This document shows positions 40,264-51,713 of a DNA stretch of 64,000 nucleotides, piece after piece. The position numbers and the translations under genes are program-made. Each line of letters begins with the position of its first letter. Position 1 is the stretch's first letter. Location: contig OY764159.1 in NCBI GenBank assembly GCA_963668175.1, forward strand, positions 1,696,001 through 1,760,000. Direction: 5' to 3'. The stretch is from Syntrophales bacterium (GTDB taxonomy: Bacteria > Desulfobacterota > Syntrophia > Syntrophales > PHBD01). The notes beneath the pieces are model-generated. The model saw only the letters and a list, made by a program, of their open reading frames with translations, searched no databases and was not told where the DNA came from.

Positions 40264-41363
40264 AAATGTGACCGAAATCCTGAGCGATCTGGAGAAGAGA
40301 ATCCTGCACGTCGGAGACTGCCTTTGACATCCCCGGCAAGCAGACCGAAATAGACAAGCTCGACGCCCTCTCCCAGAAGGAGGACTTCTGGAACGATGCC
40401 GAAACGGCCAGGGACGTCCTCCGCAGGAAGACCAAACTAGCGACCGTAGCGGACAACTGGAAAAAACTCAAACAATCCCTGGACGATGTGAATGTTCTCT
40501 ACGAGTTGGCCTCCGAGGAGGGCGACGAGGAGAGCATGGCCGAGGTCGAGAAGGAACTGACGACGCTCCAGGCCTCCGTCCGGAACGAGGAGCTTCGCCT
40601 CATGCTCGGCGCCGAGCAGGACGTCCTGAACGCCATCATGGCGATCAACGCCGGGGCGGGCGGCACCGAGGCCCAGGACTGGGTCGAGATGCTCATGCGC
40701 ATGTACCTCCGTTGGGCCGAGAGAAAAGGCTACAAGACCAATATCATTGACTTCCAGCCGGGGGACGAGGCCGGTGTCAAGAGCGTATCGTTCACCCTCG
40801 AAGGCGATTACGCCTACGGGTTCGCCAAGGCCGAAACGGGCATCCACCGGCTCGTCCGGATATCGCCTTTCGACGCCGGCGGCCGCCGCCACACCTCCTT
40901 CGCCTCGGTCTTCACCTACCCGGAGGTCAACGACGAAATCGTCATCGATATCGACGAAAACGATCTAAGAATAGATACTTACAGGTCTACAGGGGCCGGC
41001 GGCCAGCATGTCAACAAGACCGACTCGGCAGTCCGCCTGACCCACCTGCCGACGGGCATCGTCGTCCAGTGCCAGAACGAACGGTCCCAGCACAAGAACA
41101 AGTCCATGGCGATGAAATATCTCCGGTCGCGCCTTTACGAACTGAAACTGAAGGAACAGAACGAAAAACTGGAGGCGATGAACAAGACCAAGAAGGATAT
41201 CGCCTGGGGGAGCCAGATCCGGTCTTACGTCCTGCATCCCTATAAGATGGTCAAGGACCATCGCACGAACCTCGAAATCGGCAACGCCGGACGCGTGCTC
41301 GACGGCGATATCGACGATTTAATCGAGGCTTACCTGCTCGCCGCATCATCCGACAAGCCCTGA
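40256..41363 (+). CDS. prfB: Peptide chain release factor 2 with programmed +1 frameshift
   Basis: ATG 40256 after AAGGAGG, 23 codons to CTT TGA C at 40322-40328; +1 frame joins the 40488 ORF; SPF and GGQ motifs. Confidence 0.96.
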
Positions 41364-41499
41364 TGAGCGTTTTTTTCTAGGGATATCGGGAAAGATGTGT
41401 TATACGCACGGGGAACTCAACCCGAACATCATCATCCCGGCCCAAAAATTCAGTAGGGACAGTTGCATGCGGCCGGGACTTGGCAAGGAGACATGAACC

Positions 41500-43254
41500 A
41501 TGAAGATATTATTGCGAGTTTTCCTCTGGAGTTGCCTGATCACGGCGTTCATGGCCGCAGGTCCGGGGTCTTCGGTCGGCCCGGTCTCGGCAGACGATAA
41601 GGTCGAGAAACAGGTCGCCGCCGCCGTCCCGGCAGACGAGGCCAAGAAACCGGCGGAAGCCGCCGCCCAGCCGAAACCGCCGGAAAAAGCGGCCGAAGCC
41701 AAAGCGGCGAAATCGGACGACGATGACGACGGCGACGACGAAGGGCAGGATCTCATGGAAGACGCCCTGGCCCTCCTCGGCGAATCGGATGCGTCCTGGA
41801 AGAAGGGCGACATCGAAACCGCCCTGGAACTCCTCGACCAGGCCTATTCCCTGATCCTGGACGCCGACGGCGATCCCAACGTCGCCCGCCAGAAGGACGA
41901 TTTGCGACTCATCATTTCCAAAAGAATCCTGACTATTTATAATTCCATCCACGCGGCGACGGCGGGCAGGCGTAGCGAAATCCCCACCGTTATGAATGCC
42001 GACGTCGAATATGAAATCAAACAGTTCCAGACGCGGGAGCGCGATTTCTTCATCGGCGCCTACCACCGGTCGGGCATCCACCGTCCGGCCATCGTGAAAG
42101 CCCTGAAACAGGCGGGGCTTCCGGAGGAGCTGTCGTGGCTGCCTCTCGTCGAAAGCGGTTTCAAGGTCACGGCCATGTCGCCGGCCCGGGCCCTGGGTAT
42201 CTGGCAGTTCATCCCGTCCACGGGCTACAAATACGGCCTGACCCGGGATGAATGGATCGACGAACGCATGGACGTCGACAAATCCACCCAGGCGGCCATC
42301 GGCTACATGAAAGACCTCCACGGGATGTTCGGCGACTGGCTGACGGTGCTTGCCGCCTACAACTCGGGCGAGGGCCGGGTGCTCCGGGTCATCTCCCACC
42401 AGCGCGTGAACTACCTCGACCACTTCTGGGACCTCTACCGCGAACTTCCCCGGGAAACGGCGCGCTACGTCCCGCGTTTCCTGGCGACGCTCATGATCAT
42501 CAAGGACCCCAAGAAATACGGCATGGACCTGGGCGAACCCGTCGAGAAGCCGATGAATTACGAAAGGGTCAAGACGGCGAAGCCCATGAAACTCACCGAT
42601 ATCGCGAGCAATATCAGCTGCTCGGAGGACCTGCTCTTCCAGCTCAATTCGGAACTCAGGCACAAGGCGACGCCGGACCGGGAATATGACCTCAAGGTGC
42701 CCCCTGAGGCCGGGGAGAGACTGGTTGCGATCATGGACGAAATACCCCGGTGGGAACAGCCGCGATATGCCGCCTCCCGCCGCGGCGTCGTCCGGCACCG
42801 GGTCCGCCGGGGCGAGTCCCTGGCTTCCATTGCGAACCGGTACAGGACTTCCGTGGCCGCCATCCGCGAATACAACCGTATTTCGACCGCCAAGGGCGTC
42901 TATGTCGGGCAGCGCCTGATCGTTCCCGTCCGGGCCCGGGTGGCCGCCGATACGCAGACTTCAAAGGCCGCAAGCAGCCGCGCCCCGCAGACGGCGGGGA
43001 GCACGCCCGTGACTTACAAGATCAAGAAGGGCGACACCCTCATCATGCTCGCCCGGCGCTTCCATACGACCATCCCGGAACTGAAAAAACTGAACGGCAT
43101 GAAAGGCAACGTCCTGGTGCCGGGCCGGGTGATCCGGGTCGGAGCCAATCTCCAGGCCTCCGCGGAAGATCCTCCTGCGCCCAAGGTTGCGAAAAAGAAA
43201 CCCGTCAAGAAGACCGTGAAGAAAAAAGTGGCGAAGAAGGACGTGCAGGATTGA
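41500..43254 (+). CDS. MltD-like lytic transglycosylase with LysM domains
   Basis: LPLVESGF, GIWQFIPSTG, LAAYNSGEG, LPRETARYVPRF, LysM HRVRRGESL and YKIKKGDTL; Lys-rich tail. Confidence 0.9.
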   Translation: MKILLRVFLWSCLITAFMAAGPGSSVGPVSADDKVEKQVAAAVPADEAKKPAEAAAQPKPPEKAAEAKAAKSDDDDDGDDEGQDLMEDALALLGESDASWKKGDIETALELLDQAYSLILDADGDPNVARQKDDLRLIISKRILTIYNSIHAATAGRRSEIPTVMNADVEYEIKQFQTRERDFFIGAYHRSGIHRPAIVKALKQAGLPEELSWLPLVESGFKVTAMSPARALGIWQFIPSTGYKYGLTRDEWIDERMDVDKSTQAAIGYMKDLHGMFGDWLTVLAAYNSGEGRVLRVISHQRVNYLDHFWDLYRELPRETARYVPRFLATLMIIKDPKKYGMDLGEPVEKPMNYERVKTAKPMKLTDIASNISCSEDLLFQLNSELRHKATPDREYDLKVPPEAGERLVAIMDEIPRWEQPRYAASRRGVVRHRVRRGESLASIANRYRTSVAAIREYNRISTAKGVYVGQRLIVPVRARVAADTQTSKAASSRAPQTAGSTPVTYKIKKGDTLIMLARRFHTTIPELKKLNGMKGNVLVPGRVIRVGANLQASAEDPPAPKVAKKKPVKKTVKKKVAKKDVQD

Positions 43255-43298
43255 GGCGGGATCTCGGTATATAACAAGAATAATCAACGCATTGCATG

Positions 43299-43335
43299 AG
43301 GGGCCGGCGGACTGAAAATCGCCGGCCCCTTTTTT
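43299..43335 (+). terminator. Rho-independent terminator
   Basis: AGGGGCCGGCG / CGCCGGCCCCT stem followed by T tract. Confidence 0.8.
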
Positions 43336-43424
43336 ATGCGATTCTGCCGGGATGCGTATTTTTCGGGGGATGCCTTGATCTGAAGGATTGCCCGCCGGAT
43401 GCGGCGGTGCGGGGAAAGGGCGTT

Positions 43425-43880
43425 TCAGTGCGCCAGGCGGTAGCCCTTGAGGAAGAAGAACAGCTCGTCCTCCATCTCCTTCATCCTTGTTTCCTCGGCG
43501 GGTGTGGTATTCTCGTGGTTGTAGCCGACGAGGTGCAGGAGCCCGTGGATCAGGAGGAAGTCTATCTCATCGTCCGCCGGGATCCGGGCCTTTTTCGCTT
43601 CGGTACGGGCGGTCTCCACCGAAATGACGATGTCGCCCAGCACTTTCGGATTGACGCCGCCGAATTCGCCCTCCTGCATGGGGAAGGAGATGACGTTCGT
43701 GGCATGATCGCGGTCGAGGTACGACCGGTTGATCTCCCTGATCGCCATGTCATCGACGAGGAGGATGCTCAGCTCGCTGTCGTCGCGGCCGAGGTGCCTG
43801 AGGAGCCTGGATAGAACGGAGCGGATTCTACGCAAATCGATCTTTGCTTCGCTCTGTCTGTTTTCGATCTGTATGGCCAT
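43425..43880 (-). CDS. ybeY: rRNA maturation RNase YbeY
   Basis: TNVISFP, LGDIVIS, HGLLHLVGYNH. Confidence 0.93.
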   Translation of the reverse strand: MAIQIENRQSEAKIDLRRIRSVLSRLLRHLGRDDSELSILLVDDMAIREINRSYLDRDHATNVISFPMQEGEFGGVNPKVLGDIVISVETARTEAKKARIPADDEIDFLLIHGLLHLVGYNHENTTPAEETRMKEMEDELFFFLKGYRLAH

Positions 43881-46212
43881 TGTTTTCTTTCTTGGCTCCG
43901 TTGCCCGCCGCCGGTTTCACCAGTTCCGGATAGTCGATGCGGTGGTGGAAGATGCCGTTTAGTATCCGCGAGAAGGTCTCGGCGATCTCGTTCAGGTCGT
44001 GGAGGGTCAGCTCGCACTCGTCGAGCTGGCCGTCGGCGAAGACGCGTTCGATCCGCTCCTTGACGAGGTGGTTGATCCGCGCCGGCGTCGGATTGGAGAG
44101 GGTCCGGGAGGAGGCCTCCATGACGTCCCCGAGGAGGACGAGTCCCGCTTCCTTCGTCTGGGGCTTCGGGCCGGGGTAGCGGAAATCGCTTTCCGGCAGG
44201 GACCGGATGGACGGGTCCTTGTCCTTCTTCGCCTTTTCGTAAAAATAGCTGACGAGGCTGGTCCCGTGGTGCTGGCGGATGATATCGGTGATCTCCTTGC
44301 CGAGCCTCGCCTCCTGGGCCAGTTCGCAGCCGTCCTTGATGTGGGAGATGATGACCAGGCTGCTCATCTTGGGCGTCAGGCGGTCGTGCTTGTTCTCGCC
44401 ATCCCGCTGGTTCTCGATGAAATAGCTGGCCTTCTTCACCTTGCCGATGTCGTGGTAGTAGGCGCTCACCTTCGCCAGGAGGGGGTTGGCGCCGATGGCT
44501 TCCGCGGCGGCTTCCACCATGGAACCGGTAATGATGCTGTGGTGGTACGTCCCGGGGGCCTCGATCAGCATGCGCTGGAAGATCGGCTGGTTCAGGTTGG
44601 CCTGTTCGAGGAGCCTGATATCCGTCGTGTAGCCGAAGAAGTACTCGAGGAGGGGGCTTACACCCGCCACGATGAATCCGGAACTGATCCCGCCTACGAA
44701 ACCGAGCGTCATGTTGAGCAGGATCTCGAAAGACGGCACCTTGCCGCCCATGAGGGAGATGAAACAGACGACGACGGCGTTGATAAGACCGAGGTAGAAT
44801 CCCGTCCGGAAGAAGGCGGACCGCCTGCGGCAAAGGACGATGTGGTAGGCCGCGGCGATGCTGCCGAGAAAGGCGAAGACTGCCAGGTCCGTCCGTCCGC
44901 CCAGGAGAAAGGTGACCAGGAAGGACGACATGATCGCGAAGATCAGGGCCATGTTCCGGTTGATCAGGACGCCCGTCAGCATGGCGCCGACGGCGAAGGG
45001 GATCGCAAAGTAGCTCGCCTCAGCCGGTATGGACGGAAAGGCGCGGTTGACCGCCGCCGCGAGAAAGACGCTCAGTTTCACGAGGAAGCTCTGCAGAAGG
45101 ATGGAGACGGCGAGAAAGAGGAGATCCTTGTTGATGTTGGCCCGTTTGCGAAGCCACTCGAACGCAAGGTAGTAGAGCCCGGCGGAAAGGAACATGATGA
45201 CGACCATCATCCCGATGAAGACCCAGACGAGGGACCAGTAGTCGCGGTTGGACCGTTTGTAGTAGGCCTCCAGCATGTCCAGGGTCGTGATGTTGATCTT
45301 TTCGCCTTCCCGGACGATGATTTCGTTGTTCTGCACCTGGAAATAGACAGGTTCGACGCTGTCCAGGATGCTCACCTTGAGCTGTTCCGAGGCGCTTTTA
45401 TTGTAAACCAGGTTGGGCTGGACCAGCTTCGCCGCCAGCATAATGGCGGCGCTCCGGAGGTCGGTCTGTTCGTGACCGAAATAGATGCTCACGTAACGGG
45501 GAATCAAGGGCCTGAGCTGTTCGATCGGGATGGCGCCCGAAAGTTCCTTCTTTGCCTCCTGGCTGTTGGTCCTGATGTCGCGGACGATGATCCCCCTCTC
45601 CCGGTCCTGTTTCGCCAGGGGACCGACGGTGATGAATTTGTTGTCGTAGTAGATCGTCCTGATCAGGTTCGCCATCCGGGTGGCGAAAGTGGGCGAAAGT
45701 TTGAAATTATTAAGGACATTGAATTCGTCTGCCGTAACGGCGGTGCCGATGGCCTTCTCGAATGCGGCCCGGCCTTCTTCGGAGTAGCCGTGGGCAGGAG
45801 CCCCTTCGAGCATGTTCTTCTGCTGGTCCCGCTTCCTGGCGTCGTGCAGCTCGACAAAGGCCTTGGAGAGGTTGGCCTTGATGTAGGCCGGGAGGTTGCT
45901 GTCGTAATCGTAGACGGACTGGATCTTCTCCATGGCCTCCAGTTTCTTCACTTCCGTCGAATTGCGGTCGACGGCGAGGAAATCCCGGTCGGCCCGGACG
46001 TCCTTCTTGGCGATCTGCCCGACCTTATACTGCTCGTGAAAAACCGGTATATTGGGGCTCAGGATGAGCGCCAGGACGAAGCTTAAGCATACGAGGATGG
46101 CCCCCTTCTGGAAGAGGTCGCTCTTCGCGAATTCAGGGTAGAGGTTGTAGCGGGTCGCCGTCTCCTTGATCAGTGAGGCGGCCTTGTCCGTCGCTTCGTC
46201 GATGCGGTTCAT
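43828..46212 (-). CDS. 7TM-HD (HDIG) phosphohydrolase, PgpH-like
   Basis: Large extracytoplasmic domain, 7 [38 protein letters not shown]. Confidence 0.92.
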   Translation of the reverse strand: MNRIDEATDKAASLIKETATRYNLYPEFAKSDLFQKGAILVCLSFVLALILSPNIPVFHEQYKVGQIAKKDVRADRDFLAVDRNSTEVKKLEAMEKIQSVYDYDSNLPAYIKANLSKAFVELHDARKRDQQKNMLEGAPAHGYSEEGRAAFEKAIGTAVTADEFNVLNNFKLSPTFATRMANLIRTIYYDNKFITVGPLAKQDRERGIIVRDIRTNSQEAKKELSGAIPIEQLRPLIPRYVSIYFGHEQTDLRSAAIMLAAKLVQPNLVYNKSASEQLKVSILDSVEPVYFQVQNNEIIVREGEKINITTLDMLEAYYKRSNRDYWSLVWVFIGMMVVIMFLSAGLYYLAFEWLRKRANINKDLLFLAVSILLQSFLVKLSVFLAAAVNRAFPSIPAEASYFAIPFAVGAMLTGVLINRNMALIFAIMSSFLVTFLLGGRTDLAVFAFLGSIAAAYHIVLCRRRSAFFRTGFYLGLINAVVVCFISLMGGKVPSFEILLNMTLGFVGGISSGFIVAGVSPLLEYFFGYTTDIRLLEQANLNQPIFQRMLIEAPGTYHHSIITGSMVEAAAEAIGANPLLAKVSAYYHDIGKVKKASYFIENQRDGENKHDRLTPKMSSLVIISHIKDGCELAQEARLGKEITDIIRQHHGTSLVSYFYEKAKKDKDPSIRSLPESDFRYPGPKPQTKEAGLVLLGDVMEASSRTLSNPTPARINHLVKERIERVFADGQLDECELTLHDLNEIAETFSRILNGIFHHRIDYPELVKPAAGNGAKKENNGHTDRKQTERSKDRFA

Positions 46213-47213
46213 ATGGCTGCTTTGGGTTCGCTCTTCCGCCGGCCGGCGTCGAGGTGGTTGTAGGCACGGATCACGTCCTGCACCAGGGGGTGCCGGACCA
46301 CGTCGATTTCGGTGAAATGGACGAAACTGATCCCCTCGATTCGCTTCAGTATCCGTTCCGCTTCGACCAGGCCGGAGATTTTGTCCGGCGGGAGGTCGAT
46401 CTGGGTAATGTCTCCGGTGATGACGGCCTTGGAGCCGAATCCCAGCCGCGTCAGAAACATCTTCATCTGCTCCGACGTCGTGTTCTGGGCTTCATCCAAA
46501 ATGACGAACGAATCGTTCAATGTCCGGCCGCGCATGAAGGCGAGCGGGGCGACCTCGATGACGCCCTTGCTGATGAGCGCCGAGGCCTTGTCGAAATCGA
46601 GCATGTCGAAAAGGGCGTCGTAGAGCGGCCGCAGATAAGGGTTGACCTTCTCAGAGAGGTCGCCGGGGAGGAAGCCGAGCTTTTCCCCCGCCTCGACGGC
46701 CGGTCTCGCCAGGGCGATACGGGCGACCTTCTTCTCCAGGAGGGCCGATACCGCCATGGCCATGGCCAGGTAGGTCTTGCCCGTCCCGGCGGGGCCGATG
46801 CCGAAGACCATGTCGTGGGTCCTCATGGCGTCGATATAGTGCTTCTGGGCGATCCCCTTGGGGGTAATCATCCGTTTTTTCGAGGAGATAAAGACGGTAT
46901 CCATAAAGATCTTGTCGAGCTTCTGGGTGCCGTTTTCCGCCAGGATCCGGTAGGCGTAGCCGATGTCCGGGGGGTAGATGGGGAAGCCGCGGCCCATGAT
47001 GTCGTAAAGCTGGACAAGGAGGTTCTTGATCAGGGCGACGGGGATCGGCTCTCCCGAGATCGTCACGACGTTGCCGCGGACGGAAACCTTGATCCTCTCC
47101 AGCTTTTCGATGAGCTTGATGTTACGGTCGTGCTCACCGAGCAAGCTGCGGAGTATCTCGTTGTCCGGGAAAGTGATTTTCTCTGCCGAAATGGAGTCGG
47201 GCGGTTTGTTCAA
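46209..47213 (-). CDS. PhoH-like ATPase (YbeZ)
   Basis: [53 protein letters not shown]. Confidence 0.93.
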   Translation of the reverse strand: MNKPPDSISAEKITFPDNEILRSLLGEHDRNIKLIEKLERIKVSVRGNVVTISGEPIPVALIKNLLVQLYDIMGRGFPIYPPDIGYAYRILAENGTQKLDKIFMDTVFISSKKRMITPKGIAQKHYIDAMRTHDMVFGIGPAGTGKTYLAMAMAVSALLEKKVARIALARPAVEAGEKLGFLPGDLSEKVNPYLRPLYDALFDMLDFDKASALISKGVIEVAPLAFMRGRTLNDSFVILDEAQNTTSEQMKMFLTRLGFGSKAVITGDITQIDLPPDKISGLVEAERILKRIEGISFVHFTEIDVVRHPLVQDVIRAYNHLDAGRRKSEPKAAI

Positions 47214-47331
47214 GGATGAAAGATCCGTGTTTATAGAACCTTAGGCAGAGCCACCCCCTGCCCACCAATGCTGGGGCGGGATGCTATCACGGAGTGCACC
47301 CGTTTGCAACAACTTTCCACAAGCGCAATGC

Positions 47332-48582
47332 TTACCGTCCCGTCTGCAAAAAGAGATGGGCGAAAACCTTCGCGTTTCCCATCATATTCTCAAGGGAGCA
47401 GTGTTCATCCGGCTGGTGGGCCTTCTGAAGCACCCTTGACCAGACCGCCACGGGGTAGTCCTCCTTGCGGAAGTATGCGGCGACGGTGCCGGCGCCCACG
47501 CCCTGAGGGGTGGCCTCGACCTTGTAGACCTCCCGAGCCGCCTCGGCCAGGGCCAGGACGACGGGGGCGTCGTGGGCGGTGGCCGCCGGGGCCTCCACCT
47601 GCTGGACCGGCGTGATCTCGACGGTCACGCCGAAACGCTTCTCGACGGCCTTGACGCGGCTCCCGATCGCCGCCATCACCTCCGCGAGCTTGTACTGGGG
47701 GAGGATGCGGCTGTCGAGGTAAAAGACGTCTTCGCCGGGGATGGTATTGACGTTGGGGACGTTGGCCTCCTTCTTGGTCGGCTGGAAGGTGCTGCCCGGG
47801 GGATCGAAGAACGGATCGACGGCGGGGAAGACCTCGTGCAGCTCGTCCAGGGCGACGGCCAGGTAGGACGCCGCCCGGAAGGCGTTGATGCCCTCGTTCG
47901 GCCGGCTGCCGTGGCACTGCTTTCCGAGGGTCCGGAAGCGGAGCCAGTTGATGGATTTTTCGGCCACTTCGATCATGGTGCCCTCTTCGTTGCCCGAATC
48001 GGGGACGACGATGATGTCGGTCTTGCGGAAGGGATTTTTCGGGTCGGCGAGGACATGGGAGATGCCGTAGCGGCTCGCCGTCTCTTCGTCGGAGACGAAA
48101 GCGAGGCCGATGCCGGACTCGGGCGTCAGTCCTTCATCGAGGAAGGCCTTGGCGGCGAAGATGGAGGCCACCATATCCTGCTGGTTGTCTTCCGTGCCGC
48201 GGCCGTAGACCAGGCCGTCTTTCACGAAGCCCTTGTACGGGTCCGAGTGCCAGAGGGAGGCCTCGCCGGGGGGGACGATGTCGAGATGGGTCATGATCCA
48301 GACCATCCTGTCGGTGCACTTTCCCGGGATGCGGGCGATGAGGTTGGGCCGCTGGCCCGACGAGACCCGGCTGTCCGGGGCGTTGATTTCGAAGATATCG
48401 GTGAATCCCAGTTCCCGGAGGCGTTCCGCGAGGAACCGGGCCTTGGGGAGTTCGCCGTCGCCGCCGTTTTCCGGCGACAGGGCGGGGATGGCCGAAAGGC
48501 CGAACTGAAGGCGGATGCAATCCTCCCTGTAGGAGTCGATGCGTTCGGAGATTTTCTTGAACGAAACTTTATCGATGGTCAT
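47332..48582 (-). CDS. M20 family metallohydrolase (ArgE/DapE-like)
   Basis: HLDIVPPG, YGRGTEDN, SDEE, GKQCHGS, NVNTIPG, AHQPDE. Confidence 0.9.
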   Translation of the reverse strand: MTIDKVSFKKISERIDSYREDCIRLQFGLSAIPALSPENGGDGELPKARFLAERLRELGFTDIFEINAPDSRVSSGQRPNLIARIPGKCTDRMVWIMTHLDIVPPGEASLWHSDPYKGFVKDGLVYGRGTEDNQQDMVASIFAAKAFLDEGLTPESGIGLAFVSDEETASRYGISHVLADPKNPFRKTDIIVVPDSGNEEGTMIEVAEKSINWLRFRTLGKQCHGSRPNEGINAFRAASYLAVALDELHEVFPAVDPFFDPPGSTFQPTKKEANVPNVNTIPGEDVFYLDSRILPQYKLAEVMAAIGSRVKAVEKRFGVTVEITPVQQVEAPAATAHDAPVVLALAEAAREVYKVEATPQGVGAGTVAAYFRKEDYPVAVWSRVLQKAHQPDEHCSLENMMGNAKVFAHLFLQTGR

Positions 48583-49988
48583 AACAATCCTTCCCTGACA
48601 ATAATGTCTTTAAATTCGGTTTTTAACTGCTTGAGGGCTTCATCGTCGCCGACGACGAAGACGATCTCTTCTTCCGGTAAAACGTATTGCTCCTTGACCC
48701 GGGCCAGGTCGGCCAGCGTCACGGCGTCGATCTTTCCGAGATAGGTCTCCATGTGATCCTTGGGGAGGCCGTCGTAGGCGATCTGCATCTGCTGGTAGGC
48801 GATCTGGTGCGCTGAGGTGAAGGAGAAGATGAAGCCGCTGTCGACCGCCTTCTTGGCCCAGGTCAATTCCTGCGCCGAGATGGGCCGACCGGCGCCGTCC
48901 CGGACGATGGCGCGGATCATGGAGAGGGCCTTGCCGGTCGTCGCCGATTTCGTGAAGGCGTAGGCGCTGAAGACGCCTTCCGTCGCCCGGGGCCGATAGA
49001 AGCTTCCGGCGCTGTAGGCCAGCCCCTCGTTGGTGCGGACCTCCTGGAAGATGCGGGAGGGGAATCCGCCGCTGCCGACGATGAAGTCGAAAATACGGAA
49101 CGGGTAAGTATCTTCGGTCAGAAAAGACGGCGCCCGGTGGGCCACGATCACGACCGACTGGGGTGTCTTCTTGGCGAGATAATAGACTCCGCCCCCTTGC
49201 CGCGGGACCGGCGGGGGCGGAGCCGGGATAGGGCCTTCCTCTTTCCAGTCGCCGAAGGCCCTGGCGATTCTTTCTGTTGCTTCCTGCTTTGAGATGTCGC
49301 CGCTTACGGCGATCATGATATTGGCCGGACGGAAGAAACGCCGGTGGAATGCGACGAGGTCCTCGCGGCCGATGCCGGAGACGGAGGCGAATGTGGCCAT
49401 CCTTCCCCGGGGGTGGTTTTGGTAAATGACGCGGTTGAACTCCCGGAAGGCGAAACGCTGCGGGCTGTCGGCGATCCGGCGGATGTCTTCGAGCTTCAGG
49501 TTCCTGGCCAGGTCGAACTTGGCCGCTTCGAAGGCCGGTTCCCGGATGATCCGGGCGAAGATGTCGAGACCGCGGTCGAGGTCCTTCGTGAGGACGGAAA
49601 GCGACACGCTGCCCGATTCCGCGGCGATGCCGGACTCCAGCTCGATGGCGAGCTGCTCCAGGGTGTCGTCGATCTCGCCGCTCTTCATGCCTTTCGTGCC
49701 GCCGTCCCGCAGGAGCTGGCCCGTGAGGTCCGCCAGGCCCTCCTTGCCTTCCGGGTCGTAGACGGATCCGGTCCGGACGAGGGCGGTGACCTTGACGAGG
49801 GGAAGCTCGCGGTCCTCGTAGAAAAAGACGGTGATGCCGTTGTCCAGGACGACGGTCTCCGGCCGGGGCACCCGGAAATGGAGGGGCGGATAGCGCAGAC
49901 TCTCCGGCGACGGAAGCGGCGGGCCTGCGGCGAAGGCCGGCAGACTCAACAAAATGAAGGCCAGAAAGGCGGCGAGTGTCTTCCTCAC
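48579..49988 (-). CDS. M16 peptidase family, non-catalytic subunit
   Basis: LDNGITV, GSVYDP.GKEGLA (no HXXEH), SRIFQEVR..EGLAY. Confidence 0.88.
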   Translation of the reverse strand: MRKTLAAFLAFILLSLPAFAAGPPLPSPESLRYPPLHFRVPRPETVVLDNGITVFFYEDRELPLVKVTALVRTGSVYDPEGKEGLADLTGQLLRDGGTKGMKSGEIDDTLEQLAIELESGIAAESGSVSLSVLTKDLDRGLDIFARIIREPAFEAAKFDLARNLKLEDIRRIADSPQRFAFREFNRVIYQNHPRGRMATFASVSGIGREDLVAFHRRFFRPANIMIAVSGDISKQEATERIARAFGDWKEEGPIPAPPPPVPRQGGGVYYLAKKTPQSVVIVAHRAPSFLTEDTYPFRIFDFIVGSGGFPSRIFQEVRTNEGLAYSAGSFYRPRATEGVFSAYAFTKSATTGKALSMIRAIVRDGAGRPISAQELTWAKKAVDSGFIFSFTSAHQIAYQQMQIAYDGLPKDHMETYLGKIDAVTLADLARVKEQYVLPEEEIVFVVGDDEALKQLKTEFKDIIVREGLL

Positions 49989-51514
49989 GGCTTTACCTCC
50001 TGGTTCGTAATGCGGACGGCCGGGCGCATGACGGCGACGGTCCTGTTCTCCTCCGTCAGATACTTGCGGGCGGCGGCCATGATGTCTTCGGGCGAAATCT
50101 TTTCAATCATCCGGCCGTAGCGAGTCATGTAGCGGTAATCGCCCAGGAGGCACTCGTAGTAGGAAAGCGTGTTCGCCAGGCCGCTGTTGGAATTGAGGCC
50201 CCGGATGAAATCGGCCTTCATCTGGTTCTTGACCTTCTCAAGCTCCTTCGCAGCGACCGGTTCGGATTTCAGCCGCTCGATCTCGGCGTAGACGGCCCTT
50301 TCGACCTCGTCCGTCGTATGCGGGGCCCGGGGCCGGGCATAGACCGTAAAGAGATTGGCGTAGCGCGAGCCAGGCGAGCCGTTGGACGCATAGGCCATTT
50401 CCGCCAGGCCTGTCTCCTCGATCAGCTTCTTGTGAAGCCGGGAGGTGCGGCCGTGACTGAGGACAGCCTCGACGACATCGAGCGTATAATCGTCGAAAGA
50501 AGGCATCGTCGGCTTGTGCCAGCCGGCGATCAGCCTTGGGTTGGCGTCGTCGTCGATAACGAGGCGACGCTCCTGTTTCTGTGGCGGTTCGGACAGGACG
50601 GCCGCGGGCGTATACCTGTAACGGGGGATCTTGCCGAAGTACCTTTCGATGAGGCGGATGGCTTCGCCGGTCCTGAAATCGCCCACGGCGGCAATGACCG
50701 TATTCTCCGGGGCGTGGAGCTTTTTGACGAAGGCCTTCATGTCGTCCATGCCGAGGAAGGGGATGTCGGCTTCCCAGCCGATGACGGGCCGGCGGTAGGG
50801 GTGAACGGCAAAGGCCTCGGCCAGGAATTTCTCCATCAGCCTGCCGTCGGGGCTCGATTCGGTCCGCTGCCGCTTCTCCTCGCGGATCACGTCCCTTTCC
50901 GTGTAGAATTCCCTAAGGACGGGGTTCGTCATCCGGTCCGATTCCATCCGCGCCCAGAGTTCCATCTTGTTGGCGGGGAGGCTTACCTTGAACGTCGTCA
51001 TGTCCTGGCCCGTGGAGCCGTTCATGTCGAGGCCGCCGTTTTCCGTGTAGAGCCTGTCCATTTCGTTGGAGAGGACGAGGTTCCCGGCCTTCTTCTGCAG
51101 TTCCCGGAGCTCCTCCGTCAGGGCCTTTACCCGCGCCGGATCGGCGTCCTTTCCCTTCTTCCTTTCGGCGTCGAGCCTGCCGCCCACCTTGGCGATCCTG
51201 TTAAGGAGGGGTTTTTCCTTCCGGTAGTCCTTCGTGCCGATCGTCTTCGTCCCCTTGAACATCATGTGTTCCAGGAAGTGGGCCATGCCCGTCTTGCCGT
51301 CCGGTTCGTCCACGGCGCCGGTCCTGTGCCTGATATAGAAGGAGACGGTGGGGCTCAGGTGCCGCTCCAGGAGCAGGACCTTAAGTCCGTTCTTCAGGGT
51401 GTACGATTTGACCCTCTTCTCCAGATCGGCCCCGTCGTCGGCGCCGGCGGCGCGCACGAAAAGGCACAGGAAAACCAGCGAAAGAAGGAGAAGCTTCGGT
51501 CTAGATGTCTTCAT
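49985..51514 (-). CDS. M16 zinc peptidase, catalytic subunit
   Basis: GMAHFLEHMMFKGT (HXXEH), NGST..D.T, ERDVIREE, HPY..PVIGW; signal peptide. Confidence 0.92.
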   Translation of the reverse strand: MKTSRPKLLLLSLVFLCLFVRAAGADDGADLEKRVKSYTLKNGLKVLLLERHLSPTVSFYIRHRTGAVDEPDGKTGMAHFLEHMMFKGTKTIGTKDYRKEKPLLNRIAKVGGRLDAERKKGKDADPARVKALTEELRELQKKAGNLVLSNEMDRLYTENGGLDMNGSTGQDMTTFKVSLPANKMELWARMESDRMTNPVLREFYTERDVIREEKRQRTESSPDGRLMEKFLAEAFAVHPYRRPVIGWEADIPFLGMDDMKAFVKKLHAPENTVIAAVGDFRTGEAIRLIERYFGKIPRYRYTPAAVLSEPPQKQERRLVIDDDANPRLIAGWHKPTMPSFDDYTLDVVEAVLSHGRTSRLHKKLIEETGLAEMAYASNGSPGSRYANLFTVYARPRAPHTTDEVERAVYAEIERLKSEPVAAKELEKVKNQMKADFIRGLNSNSGLANTLSYYECLLGDYRYMTRYGRMIEKISPEDIMAAARKYLTEENRTVAVMRPAVRITNQEVKP

Positions 51515-51713
51515 GATCTCTGCTTTTGTCCTGGGATTTCAAGCGGGTGCGGATCTGGAAAAAAGGATAGATGATGCCGACGATGGAAACAAGGATAATC
51601 ATATTGGACGAGAAAAAATACATGATAAACTCGAATACGTTCTTTTTGCGATAGGCGGCCGTCAGAGAGTCGATCCCGAACAGGAGAAAGACAACCGAAA
51701 AGACGGCAATCAC
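51501..51713 (-). CDS. Small two-TM membrane protein
   Basis: Two hydrophobic helices, overlaps start of the M16 gene; true start uncertain (frame open further upstream). Confidence 0.6.
   Translation of the reverse strand: MIAVFSVVFLLFGIDSLTAAYRKKNVFEFIMYFFSSNMIILVSIVGIIYPFFQIRTRLKSQDKSRDHEDI

Noticed and set aside
40488..41363. Apparently N-truncated or pseudogenised RF2
   Set aside because: Explained by the programmed frameshift at 40322-40328
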